Origin: a bacterium
GTDB taxonomy: Bacteria; Krumholzibacteriota; Krumholzibacteriia; LZORAL124-64-63
Reading direction: 5' to 3'
Assembly (NCBI GenBank): GCA_018829565.1
Contig: JAHJTW010000022.1
Coordinates: 1 to 52,359, forward strand
Length of the DNA: 52,359 nucleotides
The notes beneath the pieces are model-generated. The model was not told where the DNA came from, did no database searches, and was given only the letters and a program-made list of their open reading frames with translations. Below, piece after piece: positions 36,763-45,963 of the stretch. Made by a program: the position numbers and the translations under genes. Positions within the stretch are counted from its first letter, which is position 1, and each line of letters begins with the position of its first letter.

Positions 36763-37140
36763 GTGAGAACGAAGATCATCTGCTTGGTGCTGCTGGTCGT
36801 GGCCGCGGCATGGCTTCCTCTGCTGGGCCTGGCCGCACAGGACGGTGCGGTCGCCGAAGCCACGGGCTGGGTGCCATTCTACGGTACTGGCCCGGTTGGG
36901 TCGAAGCAGGCGCACATCCTCGACATGTACGCGTTGCCTGACCTGGGGACGGTCACCATGTCGTTCTGGGTCTACGACGACGCGGCGCATACCTGGTCAC
37001 GGCTCAAACCGAAGGCAGCGCTCGGAGACTCGGTCTTCACCCTGAGAGAGGGCCTGCCTGTGCGCTTCATCTTCGAGCCGAACGCTCCGGACGCAGCCTT
37101 TCTCTCGGGCGATGGCCGTGCTGACATGATGTGGGAGTAG
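36763..37140 (+). CDS. Hypothetical exported protein
   Basis: GTG 36763 after GGAGAGG; basic N-terminus and hydrophobic stretch (signal-peptide-like). Confidence 0.6.
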   Translation: MRTKIICLVLLVVAAAWLPLLGLAAQDGAVAEATGWVPFYGTGPVGSKQAHILDMYALPDLGTVTMSFWVYDDAAHTWSRLKPKAALGDSVFTLREGLPVRFIFEPNAPDAAFLSGDGRADMMWE

Positions 37141-37146
37141 GCGGTC

Positions 37147-37644
37147 ATGAGGACGCGGATTCTCATGACGGTCATCCTCATCTTGGTCGCGGAGGCCGTG
37201 CCCACGACGGTGTCTGCTCAGTACGGCGGTTCGGTGCACAACGGCGGCTGGGCCAACGGGACGGGTGTGCTTCTGCCGCCGCGTTTGGCGACGATTGCGC
37301 CAGACCCGATCCTCCTGGCCCTCTTGCCTCAGACGTCGTACACGGCGGGTGGTTCGAATGCCTTTGCCTACCTGTACCTGAATGCCCCGTTGTCCGAGGC
37401 CAGGGCGAGGATTCGGGTGGTCCGTCTCAGCGATTCGGCGGTCGTTGCGACAAGTGGTTGGACGGGCACGCTGGACAATCGAGTGACCATCGCCGGGTTG
37501 GTGGTCGGGACGACTTACCGCGTTGAGGTGGAACTCCAGGCACTGACTCCGGCGTGGCTGAGCGTGTCGTGGACGACATTGGTCGCTTCGTATGTCCAGC
37601 CGGGCAAGAACGATCCCCCCTTCGACTACGACTTGCAGGGATGA
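37147..37644 (+). CDS. Hypothetical exported protein with an FN3/Ig-like C-terminus
   Basis: Signal peptide MRTRILMTVILILVAEA..VSA; VTIAGLVVGTTYRVEV resembles the FN3 L.PGT.Y motif. Confidence 0.6.
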   Translation: MRTRILMTVILILVAEAVPTTVSAQYGGSVHNGGWANGTGVLLPPRLATIAPDPILLALLPQTSYTAGGSNAFAYLYLNAPLSEARARIRVVRLSDSAVVATSGWTGTLDNRVTIAGLVVGTTYRVEVELQALTPAWLSVSWTTLVASYVQPGKNDPPFDYDLQG

Positions 37645-37654
37645 AAGGCTGTCA

Positions 37655-38014
37655 ATGGAACTGACACTCGAGGTAGCACGCAGCTTGGGACTTGGTGGAC
37701 TCGGACTCATGGCGACAATGCTGGCCGTGAAGCTGGCCATCCAGACCGTCGACCTCGCCCGAAACCAGCTGTGGAGGCGCAACGGCAGCAACGGAACGAA
37801 GGTCGCCTTCGATGAGCTCAAGGTCGTGTGTCCGCTGGCCCCGGGCCGACACTCCCTCGACGACGTCCACGAGGTCCTGATCCAGATCCGAAGCGGGATG
37901 GAACGGCTCAACGAGACCCAGAAGGAGATCGAGACCGACATGAAGGACCGCAGCCAGCGGTTGTGCGACATCCTCGGGGCGCTGCGCCTCGAGCTGGCCC
38001 GAAGGGAGGCCTGA
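37655..38014 (+). CDS. Membrane-anchored coiled-coil protein (possible lysis accessory)
   Basis: Start re-called at ATG 37655; one N-terminal hydrophobic helix and a C-terminal coiled coil; directly before the endolysin. Confidence 0.55.
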   Translation: MELTLEVARSLGLGGLGLMATMLAVKLAIQTVDLARNQLWRRNGSNGTKVAFDELKVVCPLAPGRHSLDDVHEVLIQIRSGMERLNETQKEIETDMKDRSQRLCDILGALRLELARREA

Positions 38015-38015
38015 C

Positions 38016-38510
38016 GTGACCAGCAGAGAGCTCTTCGACCGGGCGATCGAGGTCGTCCTCGAGCATGAGGGGGACACCTACACCGACAACCCTGTCGATC
38101 GGGGTGGACCCACGAAGTTCGGGATCGCCCAGCGTTGGAACCCGGATTTGGACGTGGCGAGCCTCACTCGAGCGCAAGCCGTCGAGGTCTACTGGGAGCG
38201 CTACTGGCGCGGTCATCGATACGAGTTCCTGCCCGAGGCGATCGCCATCAAGGTCTTCGATCTGGCCGTCAACCTCGGCAACAAGACGGCGGTGACGTGC
38301 CTCCAGCGCGCGCTTCAGGCCTGCGGTCTGCGGGTAGTGATCGACGGAATTCTGGGCACCGAGACCTGTGGGGCTGCGGAGCAAGCCGACCAGAAGGCGT
38401 TGATGGCAGCTCTGAGATCCGAGGCCGCGGGCGAGTACCGGCTCCGGGTGGCCCGAAGCGCGGATCAGATCGTGTTCCAGGGCGGGTGGCTGAACCGGGC
38501 TTATGCCTGA
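38016..38510 (+). CDS. Endolysin, glycosyl hydrolase family 108 with a peptidoglycan-binding domain
   Basis: EHEG..Y.DNP.DRGGPTKFGI, Y...YW, FDLAVNLG, LQRAL, DG..G..T, GWLNR. Confidence 0.92.
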   Translation: MTSRELFDRAIEVVLEHEGDTYTDNPVDRGGPTKFGIAQRWNPDLDVASLTRAQAVEVYWERYWRGHRYEFLPEAIAIKVFDLAVNLGNKTAVTCLQRALQACGLRVVIDGILGTETCGAAEQADQKALMAALRSEAAGEYRLRVARSADQIVFQGGWLNRAYA

Positions 38511-38522
38511 GAGGAGAGTGCA

Positions 38523-38924
38523 ATGGTTGGAGAAATCCTGGGCATCCTGGGGAAAGTCGCTGGCGGAGTCGCCGACCGCATCTTCCCGGACCCGGAGCAG
38601 GAACTGAAGCGGATCGAACTGCAGCAGGCGCTGCAGGCGGCCGTCCTGGAGCGGACCTCGGAGATCGAGCGGGCGGCCGCCGAGGTCGTCAAGGCGGAGG
38701 CGCAGGGCCAAAGCTGGCTTCAGCGGACCTGGCGGCCGATCACGATGCTCGTGTTCGTCGCGCTGATCGTGGCCCGCTGGCTGGGGTGGTCGGCCCCGAA
38801 CCTGGGCGAGGCCGAGGTCCTGAAGCTCTGGGACATCGTCGAAATCGGCCTCGGTGGGTACGTGATCGGACGGTCGGCGGAGAAGGTGCTGCCGGGGATC
38901 GTCGGTTCACTCAAGAAGAGCTAA
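38523..38924 (+). CDS. Holin (3TM, gene-transfer-agent-type family)
   Basis: SWLQRTWRP, TM segments, GLGGYVIGRSAEK. Confidence 0.88.
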   Translation: MVGEILGILGKVAGGVADRIFPDPEQELKRIELQQALQAAVLERTSEIERAAAEVVKAEAQGQSWLQRTWRPITMLVFVALIVARWLGWSAPNLGEAEVLKLWDIVEIGLGGYVIGRSAEKVLPGIVGSLKKS

Positions 38925-38997
38925 CTCCTTCAATCGATTGCGACTCGGCACGGGGACCGCCCCCAGACGGAGGCGGGGCTGAGCATGCATTTCTGTC

Positions 38998-39025
38998 TTG
39001 ACAAAAACTATCAGTAACTGACAAT
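38998..39025 (+). promoter_or_regulatory. Sigma70-like promoter with an internal palindromic operator candidate
   Basis: TTGACA-N16-GACAAT; TCAGT-A-ACTGA palindrome at 39011-39021 in the spacer. Confidence 0.55.
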
Positions 39026-39073
39026 AAGCCCTCGTCATCTATCCGAGCCGCTTCCCCGCAGTCGGAGTTCTAC

Positions 39074-39289
39074 ATGATGGCTGAACCGTCAGGCGATGTT
39101 CTCACGATTGATGAACTCGCCGTATACCTTAAAATTCCGAAGTCAACGCTCTACAAGCTTGTGCGGGAGGGGTCTGTCCCTTGCCAGAAGGTCGGCAAGC
39201 ACTGGCGATTCCACAGGGACGCCATCGATGATTGGTTGAAAGGACGCCCTGCTGTAACGCCAAGCAAGAGGTTAACCGCGCCAGGTTAA
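39074..39289 (+). CDS. Excisionase-like HTH DNA-binding protein (HTH_17)
   Basis: VLTIDELAVYLKIPKSTLYKLVREG.VP.QKVGKHWRF.R.AID.W. Confidence 0.88.
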   Translation: MMAEPSGDVLTIDELAVYLKIPKSTLYKLVREGSVPCQKVGKHWRFHRDAIDDWLKGRPAVTPSKRLTAPG

Positions 39290-39465
39290 CCAACTGAAGA
39301 AGTAACGCCACATGTACTCCGCCACACCTGGGCTACCCTCGCAATCCCAAAGGGGGACAAGCTTGACCGGCGTTCAGTGCATTCTCGGGCATGGGAGATT
39401 GACCACAATCGCCATCTACCTCAATCTGGCCGACGCCACATCGTGCAAGAATAAGGGGCCAAATA
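39290..39465 (+). pseudogene. Decayed C-terminal fragment of a tyrosine recombinase
   Basis: Translates as VTPHVLRHTWATLAI.KG, then after a +1 shift TSLTGVQCILGHGRLTTIAIYLNL (H-x-x-R, LGH, Y motifs). Confidence 0.75.
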
Positions 39466-41616
39466 GTGAAGCAACGTAGGGACCTACGGCAACAAGACAC
39501 CGCAGAAAAGCTTGTTCGGATACAAGAGATGGCTTCCTTGTCTCTTTCAGATATTGCAGTGCTGCTGGGAGCGTCACTTGCCTCAACTGTACGCTGGCAA
39601 AGGGGCGACGTGCATCCCAGCCGGGATACAGAACGTAAAATCGACGACCTATTAGATCAGGCGACTAATGGCACGATTCCTACCATGAGACACGCATCTC
39701 TGTCGCACGTATTTGCGTCCCGAGGCGTCAGAACAAAGCCGGAACCGCTTTTTGATCATGACATCAAGATCTCCCTAGGCTCTGCGTCAGCACTTTCTTC
39801 TGTCCGGCCTGGCGTCAAGGGTTTTTGGGGGAGCAATCAAGCTATCCTAAGCGAACTGCTTTCAGACCATGAGCATGCCGCGAAGACCCTTCCTGTAGCA
39901 AGCCTTGGTGGCATGTCTGCGGGCAAGAACACCTATACATATGATGCCCATACGTATCACACTAAGGTTCCGCCTCAAGGTATCGCGGAAGTAATGTCGC
40001 GTTATCTGCCAAATGGTGGTCTCGTTCTTGATCCATTTGCTGGAAGTGGCATGACGGGCGTGGCAGCACGTGTTCTCGGCCTCGATGTAATACTCAATGA
40101 ATTGTCGCCAGCGGCTTCGTTCATCGCTGATCGCTTTACGTCATCACTTTCGCCGGCGATCTATTCGAGCGCCGTTGAAGCAGTCATACAAGAACTGCAG
40201 CCACTGCGTGCTCGCCTTTACCAAACCACTTGTCGTGAGTGCGGCCAGTTCACCGAAATCCTCTACACGGTCTGGTCATATCGTGTCACATGCTACGATT
40301 GCGGACACGAGTTTGTCCTTTGGGACCATTGCCGGCGATATGGAAACACCGTCAGAGAGCATAAGATCCTCTCGGCGTTCCCCTGCCCAGCCTGCGCCGC
40401 TCTCTTGAAAAAATCTCGACTCGCTCGAAGTTACGCCGTGCCTGTGTTGCTCGGCTACAAGTGCTGCTCGCGAACACAGATTGAGCATCCGCTAACCGAA
40501 TCGGACTTGGCTCTTATCAACGATATTGATGACAGCGTGCCTCTCGCTGACGGATTCTATCCGGAAACTGTCTTGCCGGATGGAGTAAATCTATCTCAAC
40601 CCAAACGACATGGCTTTTTGGAGGTCAAGGATTTCTACACGACCAGAAACCTGACCGCTTTGAGTCACCTCTGGAAAACTATTCACCGCGTCAATGACCG
40701 TACTGCCGCAGCCTTTCTCGCCTTCGCATTCACCTCGCTATATCAAAGGGTTACACGCCTATCTGAATATCGGTTTTGGGGGGGGAGTGGCAACACTGCC
40801 AACTACAACGTTCCCTATATCTTCAATGAAGCAAATGTATTTGTCACGTTTGCGCGCAAGGCCAAGTCCATTCGGGACCACCTCGCAACGACCGCGACGC
40901 GCTATCGGGGGCGCGCCCTTGTTCGCACCGGCAGCGCAACAAATATATCATTTCTCCCGGACGACTCCATCGATTTCATTTTCACGGACCCGCCATTCGG
41001 CGCTAACATCAATTACAGTGAAATGAATCTGTTATGGGAATCTTGGCTTGGTGCTTTTACCGATTGCGTGGAGGAGGCCATCGTAAACCGAACGCAGGGT
41101 AAAGGCGTGACCGAATACGGTGACCTGATGCGCCAGAGTCTGCGAGAATGTTATCGAGTGTTGAGGCCTGGTCACTGGATGGTTCTCGTATTCATGAATT
41201 CAAATGCTTCTGTTTGGGAGGCCCTCAAGTCTGCAATCGTCGATAGTGGGTTTGTACTCGAATCAGCAGAAATATTCGACAAGCAACACGCAACGTTTAA
41301 GCAGCTCGTAAGCGAAAATACCGCGGGTAGTGATCTATTGCTACATTGTCGGAAAGCGGGCTCTAGCAGTAGTGCAAGAAACACTCCGATGGCGGATTCT
41401 GTCGCGCGTTCGATTCCGGTCTATCTCGATCAAAGAGAAGGTCAGATTCCTACGTTGCCATATCTCCACGTCAAGCGTAGCACGGAAGTTGATTATCGCA
41501 CTCTGTATAGTGAATGGCTCAGTCAAGTTCTCCTTAGCTCGACACCGCCTATTGGCTTTGCTGACTTCCGAAGGATCGCATCTGACCACATCTCTAAGCG
41601 AGGCATGTCCCGATGA
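39466..41616 (+). CDS. DNA methyltransferase (N6A/N4C) with an N-terminal HTH and an internal Zn-ribbon
   Basis: HTH LSLSDIAVLLGAS.ASTVRWQRG; HTYHTKVPP; VLDPFAGSGMTG; CRECG/CYDCG/CPAC; FTDPPF; ECYRVLRPG. Confidence 0.9.
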   Translation: MKQRRDLRQQDTAEKLVRIQEMASLSLSDIAVLLGASLASTVRWQRGDVHPSRDTERKIDDLLDQATNGTIPTMRHASLSHVFASRGVRTKPEPLFDHDIKISLGSASALSSVRPGVKGFWGSNQAILSELLSDHEHAAKTLPVASLGGMSAGKNTYTYDAHTYHTKVPPQGIAEVMSRYLPNGGLVLDPFAGSGMTGVAARVLGLDVILNELSPAASFIADRFTSSLSPAIYSSAVEAVIQELQPLRARLYQTTCRECGQFTEILYTVWSYRVTCYDCGHEFVLWDHCRRYGNTVREHKILSAFPCPACAALLKKSRLARSYAVPVLLGYKCCSRTQIEHPLTESDLALINDIDDSVPLADGFYPETVLPDGVNLSQPKRHGFLEVKDFYTTRNLTALSHLWKTIHRVNDRTAAAFLAFAFTSLYQRVTRLSEYRFWGGSGNTANYNVPYIFNEANVFVTFARKAKSIRDHLATTATRYRGRALVRTGSATNISFLPDDSIDFIFTDPPFGANINYSEMNLLWESWLGAFTDCVEEAIVNRTQGKGVTEYGDLMRQSLRECYRVLRPGHWMVLVFMNSNASVWEALKSAIVDSGFVLESAEIFDKQHATFKQLVSENTAGSDLLLHCRKAGSSSSARNTPMADSVARSIPVYLDQREGQIPTLPYLHVKRSTEVDYRTLYSEWLSQVLLSSTPPIGFADFRRIASDHISKRGMSR

Positions 41617-42590
41617 GCTCTCTTCCTGCGTTCTCTGTAACGGAATACCAATCCGCCAAGCGGATTCTTGCCACACAGGTTGCCCTAATGATGGGTCGCA
41701 AGCTTGAAGAGGGGGACTGGACCCATGTGTATTGTAATTCCAAGGGGATTCCCGACACCGGCTGGAGCAATTTGCATATCGATATTGCGCATGAAGGCTT
41801 AGGTGTCGAATTAAAGATGCTTCGTTGTGCGCAGCTCAAAGGACGCCCTCTAAAGTCCGTCTGTGGAACGACACTCATGCATCCTGCTGCAACACGATCA
41901 ATTCGAATCGACGACCCAGAGAGAGAAGCAAACAAAGTAAAGGACGATGTTCTCTACCAATACGCAGAACTCATAAACGAAAGATCTCTTCGCGTCGCCC
42001 GAACCGGGTCCAGCGGCCGAGCAGATATGCGAACGGGATGGCTAATTTGGGAAGACACACTGACCGAGTTCCTATATTTCGAGGAGCCAATGATCGCCCC
42101 AGATCCGACTGATTTCTACGCCGAGTGGAATATTACGCCTGCGCGTGGGATCCGAAAATCCAGCAAGAGCCTTTGGGTTTACGAGGTGGGAACGAATCGC
42201 AAGCGGTATTCCGTTACCACAACTGCGGGAATTAAGATTCAGCCGTATTTTGATGTCCCACCGCCCTCAGACCCGAACCTCTACTATTTCCGTGTCCAGA
42301 GCGAGGCGCTTGATGCCGACACCATTCGGTTATGGATTCTTCCGAGCACAGCGCGAGCTCTTGAGAGCCGCCTCGGAATCCTCAATAAAGAATCCCTAAG
42401 TGGGGCCATATTGACTAATGCGGCTGCACTTGCGGCGGCAATTCCGGCAGACGCGCCAGACGATGGGCTCGCTGTTCCTGTTTTGATTTCTATGCGCGCT
42501 TACGAAGTCTTGGTTGGACTGTGGGAGGCGGTTAGCGATGAGCATCGTGCGCAAACACTCGCACGGGCTTTAGCATCCCTTCCGAAATAG
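41613..42590 (+). CDS. Putative restriction endonuclease (PD-(D/E)xK-like)
   Basis: ATGA-coupled to the MTase; HIDIAHEGLGVELK resembles a D..ExK catalytic motif. Confidence 0.55.
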   Translation: MSSLPAFSVTEYQSAKRILATQVALMMGRKLEEGDWTHVYCNSKGIPDTGWSNLHIDIAHEGLGVELKMLRCAQLKGRPLKSVCGTTLMHPAATRSIRIDDPEREANKVKDDVLYQYAELINERSLRVARTGSSGRADMRTGWLIWEDTLTEFLYFEEPMIAPDPTDFYAEWNITPARGIRKSSKSLWVYEVGTNRKRYSVTTTAGIKIQPYFDVPPPSDPNLYYFRVQSEALDADTIRLWILPSTARALESRLGILNKESLSGAILTNAAALAAAIPADAPDDGLAVPVLISMRAYEVLVGLWEAVSDEHRAQTLARALASLPK

Positions 42591-43352
42591 CAGGTCCTCT
42601 ACAGTCCCCCGCTCCGAGAGGGGGGTATATGGAGTCGTTTCTGGGCATTGTTCAGTGAAGTCAAGTTGGCCCCCGCCGACACCACGCGAGCAGCCGGCAC
42701 CGCGTGGTTTCAATCTCGTCGGGCCTGCCGGGATCGATATTTAGCCGGCATCCAACGGACAGATATCCTCGGGACACTGTAACTCGCATTGTAGCAATTG
42801 ATTGTCGTATCTGTGTTGTCAGAGGATATTCTATCGACCCGAAACCAAACCTCGGGATGATTTCGATAGCGGTTACGTTTGGGGAGCCATCTTTTTTTGC
42901 CTCGAACCCGGGTGGGGAGAGGTTAACAGCAGCCCTGGTCCGGTGAGGATCGGGGTTTTTGTATGTCTTTGTGGCGGAATGGCTTACGTGTCTGAGAATC
43001 GGGTTTGGAAGGTCTCTTGGGGACAGGATAAAAGAGAGAGGTCGCTGGGCTCGAAATCCGGACGCGGGGGTGTCTCGGAGTCTCGGAATCCTGCACGGAG
43101 GGCTATTTTGGTTAACAGCCAGCGCAGGGTCAGGCGGTACATCCAGAGCGCGGAGCGGTATATGCGATAGTCGACGATCGGGTGTGGACCTGGACGAGCC
43201 CGAGTGGGATAATCACTGCCAGGACGTCCGGAGGCTACACCGCCAGGCGGGATGTCCTGCGGGATGGTTTGGGTATTGAGTGCTGTTTAATTCACGTTGG
43301 CCGGAAGCCTGGGGGGCTGCTGAATCACGTTGGGCTAGTGGGAGGGTTCCTG

Positions 43353-44375
43353 GTGAGTGTCTCGAAGCGATGTTCTTTATGCGCAGTAGTCGTCTCCGGG
43401 GACGCCCAGAGGGCCGCCAAGTGGGTCCGTCACTCCTATCCTGTCTTGGCAGCTGAAGGCGGGGTTCGAATCCTGCTCGTCCCGTGGGGCAAAAATTCTG
43501 AAGCAGTGATCCGCGAATTCCCGCCCGTCGTGCAGGTCAAACGAGCGCAACTCGAGAACCATACGCTCGAGGACAATCTCAACTTGGCGCTGGTGAGCCT
43601 GCTCGAATCCCCGCCTGACCTGGTTGCGTTCCTCGATGATGATACCTATCTGCGCTCTAACTGGGCGCGGGCAATGTTGCAATCGGCTGAAGAGGACAAG
43701 GATGCGGGCGCGTTTGCAAGCGTCGTATTCTCGGCGACCAGCGGGAAGCTGCAGAGTCAGGGGCATGCGTTTGTAAATGCTGCGCCGCGCGACCGCGGAT
43801 TTAATGGGAAGGGTCTTACGTGTCCCCTGCTCGGTCCCTGTAGCAATAGCGCGGTCGTGCGGTGGTCGGCGATCGCGGGAATCCGTGATGTACACCCTCA
43901 AGTGTGGGACCCGCTGTTCAATCAGCGACAGACCTGTTTTGACTTCGGCCTCAAGCTAGCGCTTACGGGCGTGCGTTCCCTGATCGTCGAGGCGGCTGAA
44001 GCGGACCATGAAGGGTACCTATCGACTGGCACTGAATGGCCGTACATGCGTGCAGCGGAGGAGGTCCGGCTGCAGCTGTCGCGGCGATACCTCCTGTATG
44101 CCAAGTTCCTATCGGGGAGGGCGTACAAGTGCGCGGTCCGTGCGCTCGAAGACCGGATTCCGCGCTGGCGTCGGGACGGCTATCCACACTTCCACCAAGT
44201 GGTGGGCGATGCAGTGGACGAGGTTCACGCTGCCGCAGTCGTCGAGGCTCGACGGCTAATGAGCTCGCTGTTGACGTCGGCGTGGCGTACCCTTATGGAG
44301 CGCCGGTCTGATCAGTTCGACCTGCTCGGGCTCGGTGATCCTGGCTGTTGCCTCCCAACAGCAACGTGCAAATGA
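43353..44375 (+). CDS. Glycosyltransferase, GT-A fold (family 2-like)
   Basis: GTG 43353 after GGAGG; NLNLAL, DLVAFLDDDT (DxD motif), NSAVVR..A, FDFGLKL...G. Confidence 0.78.
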   Translation: MSVSKRCSLCAVVVSGDAQRAAKWVRHSYPVLAAEGGVRILLVPWGKNSEAVIREFPPVVQVKRAQLENHTLEDNLNLALVSLLESPPDLVAFLDDDTYLRSNWARAMLQSAEEDKDAGAFASVVFSATSGKLQSQGHAFVNAAPRDRGFNGKGLTCPLLGPCSNSAVVRWSAIAGIRDVHPQVWDPLFNQRQTCFDFGLKLALTGVRSLIVEAAEADHEGYLSTGTEWPYMRAAEEVRLQLSRRYLLYAKFLSGRAYKCAVRALEDRIPRWRRDGYPHFHQVVGDAVDEVHAAAVVEARRLMSSLLTSAWRTLMERRSDQFDLLGLGDPGCCLPTATCK

Positions 44376-44449
44376 CCGGCTCGGCTGGGAAGCCCCGCAC
44401 AGAGCACGGGCCGCGCACGCCGGCCTCCCGGCTGAAGCCAACGCTAGGT
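44353..44449 (+). other. Degenerate attC-like site downstream of the GT2 gene
   Basis: TCCCAAC...GTGCAAATGACCGG...CCGGCTGA..CCAAC-GCTAGGT; its R''-like end complements GTTGGGC at 43329-43335 upstream of the gene. Confidence 0.55.
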
Positions 44450-44908
44450 TGCGCCTGGGGGCGGAATCAGGAAATGAGCAAAAGCTTATAAACGCTGGTT
44501 CAATAGTGCGGCGGGTGACCACTCCCCACCCTACCCCCTCGGGCGACAAACGGCACGGGGCGGAATTGTGGACACGGCTGAAGGTCTGTGCTTTACTGGA
44601 TCTCATGAATGACGGCGTCCATTGACAGGGTTTTTGCTGGCGTCGTAGCCGCATAATCCCAAGTCTGGAGCCGTCTTTCAACCTTTTCAGCCTTTCAAAC
44701 CCCCAAATTTATGCAATCATGGGGTTATCAGAGAAAATTGGGCCATTAAGGTGCCCGATGACGTATTCTTGCCAAAGTGAGCCATTCGACAAGACGGACA
44801 TGAAGCTTTGGATTGAGAGGTGTCTGGAATACCATGAAGAAGTGATCTGATATGATGGTCACGTGCGCTTAATGACTGTCTGGTAGCAGTGAAAGTGTCG
44901 CTATAGTT

Positions 44909-45952
44909 ATGGATCCAAAAATAGAAAATGTTTACTTCAAAGATCGCCGCGGAGAAGTCCGTGGACCGTTTGAAGTCTACAACGAAGATCCAAAGTTCAC
45001 GATTCTTAATAATAATAGCGGGCCATGGGATCACGTCTTCAGGGGGCATACCCTCGTACGCCACCTTTCCAATGGAAGGATTGAAAATCGCCACATCTTC
45101 GCTGTAAGTTGGTACGGAGCTATAATGTTCCCATCACTTGAGATCATTGCCCCGAAACAGGTCGTTAAGCCTGGTTCGGAAAAGCGCTTTGCGCGCGATA
45201 GAGCGTTTTCGTGGAATCCGACTGCAGAAGAAATGCCACCTATACTCGATTTTCGTCCTGGCACAACTATCATGGGTGGCCGCGACAGTGGTTTTTACGA
45301 TAGCGAGGGGATCATAATTGAAGCTGAACATACAGGCGGAGACCCAAAGCGGGAAGAGGACTGGTTGTTTCGAGTCATTGCAAAGACTACTGATGGGGAA
45401 TGGCTGGGGCCCTACTGGATCCTTCTCTGTGATGTTGGGTTCCCGATTACTGAGCCGGAATGGTTATGGGAATTCCCCTTGGAGCCAAGCAAGCCGATCG
45501 ACGAACTCCTGGCAGCCGGAGAGCAGGAACTTTTTGAGTACTTCGCAAGTCACCCGAAAGAGCTAGTGAACCTTAGCCCGCGACGTTTCGAAGAGTTAGT
45601 TTTGGCGATATACCGAAATCTGGGCTTTGCGACCGAGAGAGTAGGTGCCTGGAATCAGCAAGATGGTGGGGTGGATTTACTTGCGGTTTCGAGAACGGAG
45701 GCGGGAACGGAATTTCGGATCGCGATCCAATGCAAGACTTCGGGGCGGAAAATATCGGCACGACCGATTCGTGAGCTGGCCGGAGTACTTGGTGTTTTTC
45801 ACGCACACCAAGGCGTCGTTGCGACGACCTCAGCATTTACTGGACCTGCGAGAAAGGAGGTCGAGGGGTCGCTGTGGCAAATTTCACTGCAAGACAAAGA
45901 CGACTTATATAGACGTATTTTATCGATTCTTGTACCAGATTTGAAATTATGA
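44909..45952 (+). CDS. Mrr-like (Mrr_cat) restriction endonuclease with an unrecognised N-terminal domain
   Basis: LSPRRFEELV..IY..LG, DGGVDL, IQCK, I..RPIREL.G, GVVATTS.FT..AR.E. Confidence 0.88.
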   Translation: MDPKIENVYFKDRRGEVRGPFEVYNEDPKFTILNNNSGPWDHVFRGHTLVRHLSNGRIENRHIFAVSWYGAIMFPSLEIIAPKQVVKPGSEKRFARDRAFSWNPTAEEMPPILDFRPGTTIMGGRDSGFYDSEGIIIEAEHTGGDPKREEDWLFRVIAKTTDGEWLGPYWILLCDVGFPITEPEWLWEFPLEPSKPIDELLAAGEQELFEYFASHPKELVNLSPRRFEELVLAIYRNLGFATERVGAWNQQDGGVDLLAVSRTEAGTEFRIAIQCKTSGRKISARPIRELAGVLGVFHAHQGVVATTSAFTGPARKEVEGSLWQISLQDKDDLYRRILSILVPDLKL

Positions 45953-45963
45953 CATGCCTTCCA

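Noticed and set aside
42750-42821. ATCCAAC...GTTGTCA hairpin resembling attC
   Set aside because: R' box and L-box spacing do not fit well; needs a covariance-model test before calling.
42600-43320. Short ORFs between the REase and GT2
   Set aside because: No RBS or motif support; probably decayed sequence.
44622-44657. TTGACA...CATAAT promoter candidate
   Set aside because: The 24-bp spacer is non-canonical.
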